In this document: positions 20,446-29,003 of the stretch, piece by piece
Layout of the letters: every line of letters begins with the position of its first letter
Numbering within the stretch: position 1 is the stretch's first letter
Assembly: GCA_964402565.1 (NCBI GenBank)
Contig: CAYOCJ010000001.1
Coordinates: forward strand, 288,079-352,078
Direction: 5' to 3'
Length of the DNA: 64,000 nucleotides
Source of the DNA: an uncultured Gammaproteobacteria bacterium
Lineage (GTDB): Bacteria > Patescibacteriota > Patescibacteriia > UBA1558 > 2-01-FULL-52-15
Program-made: the position numbers and the translations under genes
The notes under the pieces: generated by a model
The model's database searches: none
The model's input: the letters and a program-made list of their open reading frames with translations, nothing else
Told to the model about the DNA's origin: nothing

Positions 20446-22146
20446 ATGTTTACTGACGAAGAAAAAAAACAACTTTCACGATATGTTACCGACCCGGAAG
20501 GCAATGTCTTTTGCGTTACCAATATGCCGGGCATGGTCGGAGCTGTCTACGCCCGCTATAGTCGCGCAAAAGGTGGTTTTCGAGAAGTGCTCTTGAAAGA
20601 ATTCCTGAAAGAAGGAGTGATCGATCCTGTGCATGCTGAAGAATTGATTCAGCGGATCTTGATAGCCTATGGCGATGATTCGGTCGGCGAACTCGAGGGC
20701 GCGCATGTCAGCTTCGAGAATATTTCCATTATGGCCACGAAAGAGATAGAGGAGCGCCGTATTGGCGGTTCACCGATCGAACAATCCACGCGGTATGTGT
20801 TCTATGACCAGAAGATCGATGGCAGATACCGGTACTACCTTGAGCCGAAGATCATGGCGTCACCGCTCGCGCGCGAGTATGTAGCGGCCATGGATTTTGT
20901 ATTCGATACCTATTGTGAGCTTATCGAGCCCATGAAGCATTACTATGAGGGGCTGAAATCGATCGATGACGCCGACTATGACATCAATGGCGATGGCATC
21001 AAAGAGAAATATGCCGATTTGAAAAATGAATCTGATCAAAAAGCTTTTCGAATCACTTATAATGCAGACTTGCGTACCAAGGCTTGTGACACACTCAGGG
21101 CGCTCTTGCCTGTTTCGACGCTGACAAATGTCGGTATTTTCGGTAATGGCAGATTTATGCAGAATGTAGTGACCGGGCTTTTGTCGAGTCCATATGTTGA
21201 AGCGAATATTTTGGGTGAAGACGCATTCAGAGAGCTGACCAAGGTCATCCCGGCCTATGTACACCGTGCGAAGCGAAATGAGTATCTGGTGAACAATCAT
21301 GCAAATATGCAGAAGCTTGCCGATGATCTATTCAAGGATATTCCGGTGCAGCGCTTCGATGAGGAAGTTGATCTGCTGGATTACGGCGATGAATCAATGG
21401 TCGACAAGCTGAAGAACGAACCGGACTTTAATAGCAGCACCTTAAAGCATTTCCGACAGGAAGAGGTGGATATCTTCGTCGCAGCATCGATGCTCTACCC
21501 GTACCTCAAACATCCGTTTAAGCAGATCCAGAATTTTGTACGCAAAGCAGGTGAGGGAGCAAGACAGAAAGTGATACTGACTTATATCGGCAATCGCGTG
21601 ACGCGACGCGACCGACCGTATCGCGCGCTGGAGGCAGGGTATCCCTACACCTTCGATATGGTCACGGATTTCGGAACGTATAAGGATCTCATGCGCCACC
21701 GCATGACCACACAGCTGAGGCAGCGATTCTCTCCATTGCTTGGTTTCTTGATGCCGTCTGATCTGGTGCGCGCAGGCTTCGAGGATCATGCTCGGCGATG
21801 TGAAGAGCGCGTGCGTGACCTGTACGCGAAATTAGTCGAACTGTTCCCGAATGAAGCTTCGTATGTGACTTTGCACGGACATAAAGTTCGCTGGATCATG
21901 GGCATGAATGACCGTGAGGCTATGCATTTGATCGAACTTCGTACGACTCCCCAAGGGCATCCGAATTATCGTCGTGCGGCGATACTGATGATGCATGCAG
22001 CGATCCGCACTCGGTCGCCGTGGCGCGCGGACGCAATGAAATTCGTCGACTACAATGATTATTTCTGGGCACGCGGCGATTCTGAAGCGAAGCAGCGCGT
22101 CAAAGAAAAAGCATTGGATGAAAAACTTAAGCAGGAAAAGAAATGA
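20446..22146 (+). CDS. thyX: FAD-dependent thymidylate synthase ThyX, unusually long (567 aa), apparent tandem ThyX-like domains
   Basis: C-terminal half has YPYTFDMVTDFGTYKDLMRHR (cf. RHRx7S), VRWIMGMNDREAMHLIELR (cf. FFWTVNARSLMNFLNLR). N-terminal half has degenerate copies (AVYARYSRAKGG; GELEGAHVSFENISIMATKEIEERR). Confidence 0.65.
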   Translation: MFTDEEKKQLSRYVTDPEGNVFCVTNMPGMVGAVYARYSRAKGGFREVLLKEFLKEGVIDPVHAEELIQRILIAYGDDSVGELEGAHVSFENISIMATKEIEERRIGGSPIEQSTRYVFYDQKIDGRYRYYLEPKIMASPLAREYVAAMDFVFDTYCELIEPMKHYYEGLKSIDDADYDINGDGIKEKYADLKNESDQKAFRITYNADLRTKACDTLRALLPVSTLTNVGIFGNGRFMQNVVTGLLSSPYVEANILGEDAFRELTKVIPAYVHRAKRNEYLVNNHANMQKLADDLFKDIPVQRFDEEVDLLDYGDESMVDKLKNEPDFNSSTLKHFRQEEVDIFVAASMLYPYLKHPFKQIQNFVRKAGEGARQKVILTYIGNRVTRRDRPYRALEAGYPYTFDMVTDFGTYKDLMRHRMTTQLRQRFSPLLGFLMPSDLVRAGFEDHARRCEERVRDLYAKLVELFPNEASYVTLHGHKVRWIMGMNDREAMHLIELRTTPQGHPNYRRAAILMMHAAIRTRSPWRADAMKFVDYNDYFWARGDSEAKQRVKEKALDEKLKQEKK

Positions 22147-22652
22147 AGACAACGTTGATCATAGCATCGAGCGCGGATGGTTTCATTGCGCGCAATGCCG
22201 AGCATATCGTTGACTGGACCGATATCGAAGATAAAGGTTTTTTTCAGGAAATGACCGAAAGCATTGGTATCGTTATTGCCGGTTATAATACCTACCGGAA
22301 TTTACGGGCAGCATTGCCTGGCCGCAGAATGATAGTTATGTCTTCAAGCGCTGATGTTGCCGAGAGCAAGCAAGGCGAATTAGAATTTTTTTCCGGCACG
22401 CCAGAGGAGTTGATCAAACGATTGGAGGGTGAAGGCGTTGATCATGCGGCGCTTATAGGCGGAGGACAACTGGACGGCAGTTTCCTGAGCGTCGGGTTGG
22501 TCGATGAGATCTATTTGACCATTGCGCCGCTGCTATTCGGGCAAGGCATCAGCTTATCATCTGATTATGATCTCGAGATCAAATTGAATTTGCTTGATCA
22601 TCGGCAGATCGGCGAAGGCTCAGTGCTGCTGCATTATGAGGTAGTGAAGTAA
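22143..22652 (+). CDS. dihydrofolate reductase-like protein (RibD C-terminal domain family)
   Basis: MKTTLIIASSADGFIARNAEHIVDW pattern. ATGA overlap with thyX stop. Confidence 0.6.
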   Translation: MKTTLIIASSADGFIARNAEHIVDWTDIEDKGFFQEMTESIGIVIAGYNTYRNLRAALPGRRMIVMSSSADVAESKQGELEFFSGTPEELIKRLEGEGVDHAALIGGGQLDGSFLSVGLVDEIYLTIAPLLFGQGISLSSDYDLEIKLNLLDHRQIGEGSVLLHYEVVK

Positions 22653-22653
22653 T

Positions 22654-23247
22654 ATGGCGCTCGGGAAACTCATCGTTCTGTATGGCATCAATAATCTCGG
22701 CAAAAGCACACAGGCAGCATTGCTTGTCGAAGCATTGATCAAGGAAGGGTTGGACGCAAGTTATCTGAAATATCCGTTGTATGAATTAGAGCCTTCAGGG
22801 CCTGTTATCAATCAGTATTTACGGAAAGGAAATCCCTTACAGCTTTCTGCGAGAGAGTTTCAGCTCCTGCAGATCATGAACCGCACGCAATATGACTCTG
22901 CATTGCGCAAACGCCTGGATTCTGCCGAATGGATCGTTGCTGAAGATTATATCGGCACCGGCATGGCCTGGGGAATAGGCGCAGGGCTTCCGAAAGAGAT
23001 TCTGCAGACGCTGAATAGCAAGCTGGTGTGGGAGGATCTGGGTATTTTGTTCCAGGGCAAGCGGTATATGCATGCGCAAGAAAAAGGCCATAAATTCGAA
23101 ACAGACGCTGCATTAACTGAAACAGTGCGCATGGCGCACGAAACATTGGCTGACGAATATGGCTGGCATCGCGTCAATGCTGGTGATACCATTGAAGAAG
23201 TGCGGAATGCTATCTGGGATATTGTGAAAAAAGCCTTCAAACTATGA
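22654..23247 (+). CDS. tmk: thymidylate kinase
   Basis: LIVLYGINNLGKSTQA P-loop typical of Tmk. Completes dTTP pathway cluster. Confidence 0.7.
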   Translation: MALGKLIVLYGINNLGKSTQAALLVEALIKEGLDASYLKYPLYELEPSGPVINQYLRKGNPLQLSAREFQLLQIMNRTQYDSALRKRLDSAEWIVAEDYIGTGMAWGIGAGLPKEILQTLNSKLVWEDLGILFQGKRYMHAQEKGHKFETDAALTETVRMAHETLADEYGWHRVNAGDTIEEVRNAIWDIVKKAFKL

Positions 23248-24746
23248 GTGCTTATGAAGTAATTATCGGTTTGGAAATCCATGTACAGCTCAAAACGGCA
23301 AGTAAAATGTTTTGCAGCTGTGCGAACCTCGGCGGCGATGCAGCCCCGAATACTGCTGTGTGCCCGGTATGCATGGGCCATCCAGGGACATTGCCGGTTA
23401 CGAACCAGGAGGCAGTGAAGCAGGGCATTCGCTTGGCGCTGGCTTTGCATTGCACGATTGCGAACACGACTCGCTTCGATCGCAAGAATTATTTTTATCC
23501 TGACCTTCCAAAAGGGTATCAAATTTCCCAATTTGATATGCCGCTTGCAAAGGACGGCGTGGTGCGATTTCACTACAACGGAGAAGAGAAAGCATATCGC
23601 CTTGAGCGGCTGCATCTTGAAGAAGATGCCGGTAAAAATACTCATGTAGGGCAGAATTCTCTCGTCGACTTTAATCGTGCCGGCGTTCCACTGGCCGAGA
23701 TTGTGACGAAGCCTGATTTTCGTAATGCTGAGGAGGCAAAGGCTTTTCTCTATGAACTCCGGTTGATAGCACGATACTGCGGCGTATCCGATGCTGATAT
23801 GGAAAAAGGGCAATTGCGCTGCGATGCAAATATTTCGCTGCGCCCGTCCGGCGACAGCAAGCTCTATCCAAAAACCGAAGTGAAAAATTTGAATTCATTT
23901 CGTGCCGTTGAACGAGCGCTGAACTATGAGATCAAAAGGCAGAGTACTCTGTGGGAAAAGAACGAAGCTCCGTCGCATGGTGAAACTCGCGGCTGGAATG
24001 ATACGAAGGGGGAAACCGTTGCGCAGCGCAGCAAAGAAGGCAGCGATGATTATCGCTATTTCCCTGAGCCGGACTTGCCGCCTTTAGAACTTTCCGAAAA
24101 CGATGTACAAGTTCTGCGGGATACGTTGCCTGAGCTTCCTGAAGAAAAACGCAGGCGGTTCGTTGCCGAATACGAACTGAAATACGAAGAAGCTTCTATT
24201 TTTGCTGCACAGAAAGATGCTGCAGAATATTTCGAAAATGTGGTCAATGAATTAAAGACGTGGCTCTACGACTCCGGTAGCGAAGGCGATGGGACTAAGG
24301 AAGAAATGTGGCTCAAGAATCGCAAGCGGCTGACTAAGCTTGCATTTTCATGGATCACGAGCGAACTTTTTAAACACGTGAATACAGATAATAAGACATT
24401 CGCTGATATCGAGATCACGCCTGAGAATATGGCTGAGTTTATTGTGATGGTCTATGAGGCAAAGATCAACAGCTCGGCTGCGCAAACGATCCTGGAGCGG
24501 ATGTATCACACCGGCAAAGATCCGCATGAGATCGCCGAAGATGAAAATCTATTGCAATCAAGCGATGAAGGCGATCTTGCAGCATTTATTGATCAGGCAA
24601 TAGCTGAAAATCAGAAACAAGTGGAGGAGTATAAGGGCGGCAAAGAACCGGTACTACAATTCCTCGTTGGCAAGGTCATGAAACTTTCAGGAGGCAAGGC
24701 AAATCCGGGAGTGGTTGCTAAAATGTTGAAGGAAAAGTTGCGTTAG
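23244..24746 (+). CDS. gatB: Asp-tRNA(Asn)/Glu-tRNA(Gln) amidotransferase subunit B
   Basis: MSAYEVIIGLEIHVQL, CPVCMGHPG, C-terminal GatB/YqeY domain. Confidence 0.95.
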   Translation: MSAYEVIIGLEIHVQLKTASKMFCSCANLGGDAAPNTAVCPVCMGHPGTLPVTNQEAVKQGIRLALALHCTIANTTRFDRKNYFYPDLPKGYQISQFDMPLAKDGVVRFHYNGEEKAYRLERLHLEEDAGKNTHVGQNSLVDFNRAGVPLAEIVTKPDFRNAEEAKAFLYELRLIARYCGVSDADMEKGQLRCDANISLRPSGDSKLYPKTEVKNLNSFRAVERALNYEIKRQSTLWEKNEAPSHGETRGWNDTKGETVAQRSKEGSDDYRYFPEPDLPPLELSENDVQVLRDTLPELPEEKRRRFVAEYELKYEEASIFAAQKDAAEYFENVVNELKTWLYDSGSEGDGTKEEMWLKNRKRLTKLAFSWITSELFKHVNTDNKTFADIEITPENMAEFIVMVYEAKINSSAAQTILERMYHTGKDPHEIAEDENLLQSSDEGDLAAFIDQAIAENQKQVEEYKGGKEPVLQFLVGKVMKLSGGKANPGVVAKMLKEKLR

Positions 24747-24796
24747 GGAATTCGAGGCACAATACGCATCGCGACGCCATGCTTCGCAAGAACCTC

Positions 24797-25648
24797 TTAA
24801 CGTATTCTGCCCCGCTTTTGCATGCCCCGAATCCAGGTCATCTGCCGCTTCGCGTATTTTTTAATTTCAGAAAGCAACTTTGCTTCCATCTCAGTTCGGG
24901 TGAGTTTACCTTGCAGGTAGTAGGTGATATAGCGATATTCAAGGCCAAGCTCGATGAGCCGTTTATCAGAGACGCCGGATTTTCGTAATCGCACGACTTC
25001 AGCAATCATACCTTGTTTGAAACGTTTCTTTAGTCGTTTTTCAATCCGCTGATACAGTGTCTTTCGGGTTGGGTTTACGAAAATAATCTCAGTGTCATAG
25101 GGCGATTCGCTGGCTGCAGCTTTTTGTATTGGTTTTTTTGTAGCTTCAATGATCTCAAGCGCACGTATCAATCGAACCGGATTGTGTTTATCAATACTTG
25201 CAGCTCGTTCAGAATCTTTTTTCTGTAGGATTGCAAAAAGCTCCTCTGCAGAAAGTTTCGATAATTTTTTTCGGAGAGATTTATTTGGTTGAACATTGGG
25301 AAATTTTGAAGAAGAGAGAAGAGCGTCAATCCAAAAGCCAGTGCCGCCGCATATGATCGGCAATTTCCCTCGTCTCGTGATATCGCGTATCGCGCGAGCA
25401 GCATCGCGTTGGAAATGTGTAACAGTATACATTCGTTTTGGCGAGGCAATATCGAGCAGATGATGCGGCACGAGGCGCTGCTCGCGCTTGGTAACTTTGC
25501 CAGTACCGATATCCATGCCTTTGTAGACTTGGCGTGAATCGGCAGAGATGATCTCACCATTATATTTCTTGGCAAGACGAATAGCCTGATCAGATTTGCC
25601 TGATGAGGTAGGGCCTATGATGACCAGAACATTAATTTTTTTTGACAT
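24797..25648 (-). CDS. miaA: tRNA dimethylallyltransferase
   Basis: VIIGPTSSGKS P-loop, ADSRQVYKGMDIGT. Confidence 0.9.
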   Translation of the reverse strand: MSKKINVLVIIGPTSSGKSDQAIRLAKKYNGEIISADSRQVYKGMDIGTGKVTKREQRLVPHHLLDIASPKRMYTVTHFQRDAARAIRDITRRGKLPIICGGTGFWIDALLSSSKFPNVQPNKSLRKKLSKLSAEELFAILQKKDSERAASIDKHNPVRLIRALEIIEATKKPIQKAAASESPYDTEIIFVNPTRKTLYQRIEKRLKKRFKQGMIAEVVRLRKSGVSDKRLIELGLEYRYITYYLQGKLTRTEMEAKLLSEIKKYAKRQMTWIRGMQKRGRIR

Positions 25649-25764
25649 GAACTGATGCTGCTTTTTTCCGTACAACCCCTCGCTTCACCTGATCAGCAAG
25701 CGATGACATTCGATTTTTTTTGCGTATTTTTTTATCTTCTCGCCGTTCTGAGCGGGTTTTCATA

Positions 25765-27531
25765 CTAGATCTTTAGTTCAGCGCTTCGCGTGTATATCTT
25801 CTTTGCAACTGTTTCAATAAACTTCGTTTTGTCCAGAGCTGCGAAGTCCTTTTCACCTCGTATGCGGATTGCCAGCTCTTTCGAAGCCATTTCTTTGTCA
25901 CCAATGACTAATGTATACGGGATCTTTTCATTCGATGCTTTTCTGATCTTATTGCCGATGGTCTCGTGGCTGTCGTCAATGTCGCAGCGAATATGCGACG
26001 CACGGAAGAGTTGCGCCAGGCTGCGGCAGAATTCTCCGTGTTTTTCATCGCTGACCGAAGCAATGCGGACCTGGACTGGCGAGAGCCAGAGGGGGAAAGC
26101 GCCGGCATAGTGTTCGATCAGAAACGCCATAAATCGTTCATGGGTTGATAGAGGCGCGCGGTGAATGACAAAGACATTTCCATTTTCTTTGCCGCTATTG
26201 TCCGTATATGACAAGCCGAAGCGTTCCTTTGCCAGAAAATCAAGCTGAATAGTAGACATGCTTTCTTCGCGGCCGGTAACGGATTTGAATTGCACGTCAA
26301 TTTTCGGACCATAGAAGGCCGCTTCGTCTTCGACCTCTTCAAATGGCACTTGCAACTTTTTCAATATCGAACGCAAGATATTCTGGCTATAGTCCCAGTT
26401 CTTCGGTTCATTGATATATTTCTCCGGATGCGCCGGGGACCACAGTGAGAGTCTGAACCAATAGTCGTTTAAGCCGAAGAGCTGGAAATAGTATTGGTTC
26501 AGTTCAAGGACAGATTTGATCTCTGATTCCAGCTGATTTTCAGTGCAGTAGATATGCGCATCATTCATAGTCAGCCCGCGCACCCGAAGCAGGCCTGCGA
26601 GCGTGCCGGAAAGCTCATTCCGATAGACTGTACCGTATTCCGCCATGCGAAGAGGCAGGTCGCGGTAGCTTTTCGGCGTATCGAGATAGACCATGTGATG
26701 ATGCGGGCAATTCATGCCGCGCAGGTAGTATGCGCCATCATCCATGACCATCGGAGGGTACATGCTGTCTTTGTAATAGGGGAGATGACCGGATTTGAGG
26801 TACAGGTCTTCCTTTGCCATTGCCGGTGTCGAAACGCGCACATATCCTTGCTTTTCTTCCATTTCGACTGCCAGTTTTTCGACTTCGCTCCTGATGATCG
26901 TTCCTTTCGGCAGCCAGAGCGGAAGTCCTTTGCCGACCAGATCAGAAAAAGTGAAAATACCAAGTTCTTTGCCGAGTTTCCGGTGATCCCGCTTTTTTGC
27001 CTCTTCAAGATTTTTCAAATGCTGATCAAGCTCTTCTTTGGTAGGGAAGATAGTGCCATAGATGCGCGTCAACATCGCATTTTTCTCGCTGCCGCGCCAA
27101 TAGGCTCCGGCCAATGACATGAGTTTGAAATGCTTCAATTCTTTTGACGGGTGCTCGCAATGGCCGCCGCGGCACAGATCGCGGAAAGTACCGGATTGAT
27201 AGACCGTCAGTTTCTGTCCTTCTTTTGAAAACTCATCGATCAGTTCGTGCTTGTACTGATTGCCGGGATTTTCCTTTTTTGCCTGACTCTCGGTTACTTC
27301 ATGCCGCTCGAAGCCTTTCCATGTTTGCACGATGTTATGCATTTTCTTTTCTATGTTCGGCAGGTCGGCTTCTGATAATGGTTTTGAGAATTCAAAATCA
27401 TAATAAAAACCATCTTCGATTGCCGGTCCAATGGTTCGTTTTGTGTCCGGCCAGAGCTCCATGACCGCAGCTGCAAGTAAATGCGCTGCAGAATGTCTCA
27501 AATGTTCCAGTTGTTCGTTATTCTGTTTCAT
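25765..27531 (-). CDS. thrS: threonine--tRNA ligase
   Basis: HSAAHLL zinc site, class-II motifs, anticodon-binding C-terminus. Lacks long N-terminal TGS extension. Confidence 0.95.
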   Translation of the reverse strand: MKQNNEQLEHLRHSAAHLLAAAVMELWPDTKRTIGPAIEDGFYYDFEFSKPLSEADLPNIEKKMHNIVQTWKGFERHEVTESQAKKENPGNQYKHELIDEFSKEGQKLTVYQSGTFRDLCRGGHCEHPSKELKHFKLMSLAGAYWRGSEKNAMLTRIYGTIFPTKEELDQHLKNLEEAKKRDHRKLGKELGIFTFSDLVGKGLPLWLPKGTIIRSEVEKLAVEMEEKQGYVRVSTPAMAKEDLYLKSGHLPYYKDSMYPPMVMDDGAYYLRGMNCPHHHMVYLDTPKSYRDLPLRMAEYGTVYRNELSGTLAGLLRVRGLTMNDAHIYCTENQLESEIKSVLELNQYYFQLFGLNDYWFRLSLWSPAHPEKYINEPKNWDYSQNILRSILKKLQVPFEEVEDEAAFYGPKIDVQFKSVTGREESMSTIQLDFLAKERFGLSYTDNSGKENGNVFVIHRAPLSTHERFMAFLIEHYAGAFPLWLSPVQVRIASVSDEKHGEFCRSLAQLFRASHIRCDIDDSHETIGNKIRKASNEKIPYTLVIGDKEMASKELAIRIRGEKDFAALDKTKFIETVAKKIYTRSAELKI

Positions 27532-27535
27532 AGGT

Positions 27536-27845
27536 AGCTAGTTAGTATGCGCCTCGGAGCACACGCTTCAGGCCCCGGCGCTTTGCGAGCGGCCTTCAGC
27601 GTATACACCTCGGCGCTCACGCTATTCACTAATTAAAAATCCCACGACTGAGTAGTCTTGGGACTCTAACATTCCTGTTAAAGCGGTTCCACCCAAGTTC
27701 CCCCGGCCAACAATGCCGGAGACACTTTTTTCTATGCTTAGCGTTTAGCAACGACCCGCAGAAGTGCGGATAACCGCTTGGTAGGCGGCTCGTTCGCATC
27801 TAAGTATAGTGTACTGGACCTGTATGAATGGTCAAGTAATCGCAC
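27536..27845 (-). promoter_or_regulatory. T-box riboswitch leader of thrS (antiterminator with UGGA-ACC bulge, GGAA-capped A2 helix, overlapping terminator)
   Basis: Minus-strand AACUUGGGUGGAACCGC (plus 27683-27699) matches T-box consensus. A2 helix CUUUAACA-GGAA-UGUUAGAG. A1 3' strand UCCCAAG shared with terminator hairpin UCCCAAGACUACUCAGUCGUGGGA plus UUUUU (plus 27636-27664). Candidate Thr ACC specifier in CCUACCAAG (plus ~27762-27770). Confidence 0.7.
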
Positions 27846-28955
27846 TTAACGTGCCTGCACCGAAATATGGTTCTTGAGGAGCGGCAAGGTAGGCGACCAG
27901 GACGGGAATGTGGATATGGTGGCTTCGGTAACGCCGTTCTGATGCAGGTAGTCGAGTGCCTGTGCCTTTGTTTTGCCCGCGAGATTGCCGAGGTCTACGT
28001 CCGGTATGGAGCTTTTTGAGTGCACCCATGCATCGAGCTTGGTATCAAGCTGTGCAATGCCATTTGTTTCGTCCAGAGCCGCGATAGTAAAGCTCAGGGT
28101 GTCAGGTATGACCTTGATGAAGGCATCTGGGTTCGGCAGCTGGGCTATTAATTTTTCACGCAAGGTGTCTTCGAGCTTTACTCGATCGGTCATGATGGTT
28201 GCGACGGTTTTCGTGACGGTTATATTCACCGAAGAAGCTTCAGTGCCGATCGCAGGATCTGTGCTGACGGTAGTATTTTTTGGGAATAGCTGTTCGCGAG
28301 AGAGATTCTGAAGTTCAGGATAATCTTTTTGGAAATCTGTTAAGGCTTGGGTGAGTATTTTTTCGTCAATCGAGTTTTTCCCCGCGTCGACCATGTCTTG
28401 CGTTATGTTTGCGCTGGCATGGCGTTCATAGGTCATATCGGAACTGCTTTCAGCATATATTTTATCCTGCACGCCTTCCCAGAGGCCAGGAATGGTAAAT
28501 TTTGACGGACCGATCAGGTAGTCATCGCCTTCTTGGTCTGCTTCTGCAAAAACGGTAACGCTGCCGCCGACAGGTACGGTGACAGCAGTACTGATCCTAA
28601 AGATCTTATTATCCGCGGTCATAAGCCGTGTGGACGCAACTAAGCTTTGATTGCGGGTATAGCTATTCGTGATGCGGACCAGGCCGCCTGCTTTTTTCGA
28701 GGTTGTCACTACGGCGCCAACAGGTACGCTTTCCGTTATCGTGTATTGGCGAGCTACGACCGTTCCTTGAATACTCTGATCCGACCCGTCCTTGCTAATG
28801 CCGATGGTTGCCGAGCTGGTGAAGCGCTCCTGTGCTCCCGGAACTGAAATTGTTGCCGTAGCCAAAGTCAAATAGAACGTTGCAGCCAATGCAATGATCG
28901 TTATGACGATAAATAAGTTAATGACGATAAGATAGGTGCGTTTTGTTTTTTTCAT
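27846..28955 (-). CDS. membrane-anchored secreted hypothetical protein
   Basis: N-terminal TM (LIVINLFIVITIIALAA), Thr/Ser-rich extracellular body. Confidence 0.5.
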   Translation of the reverse strand: MKKTKRTYLIVINLFIVITIIALAATFYLTLATATISVPGAQERFTSSATIGISKDGSDQSIQGTVVARQYTITESVPVGAVVTTSKKAGGLVRITNSYTRNQSLVASTRLMTADNKIFRISTAVTVPVGGSVTVFAEADQEGDDYLIGPSKFTIPGLWEGVQDKIYAESSSDMTYERHASANITQDMVDAGKNSIDEKILTQALTDFQKDYPELQNLSREQLFPKNTTVSTDPAIGTEASSVNITVTKTVATIMTDRVKLEDTLREKLIAQLPNPDAFIKVIPDTLSFTIAALDETNGIAQLDTKLDAWVHSKSSIPDVDLGNLAGKTKAQALDYLHQNGVTEATISTFPSWSPTLPLLKNHISVQAR

Positions 28956-29003
28956 AGGTTCGGTTTGATACCCCCTAGTATACTAGAAATATCTGAATAT
29001 TGT

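Noticed and set aside
26554-27117. 187-aa plus ORF inside thrS
   Set aside because: Antisense shadow of thrS.
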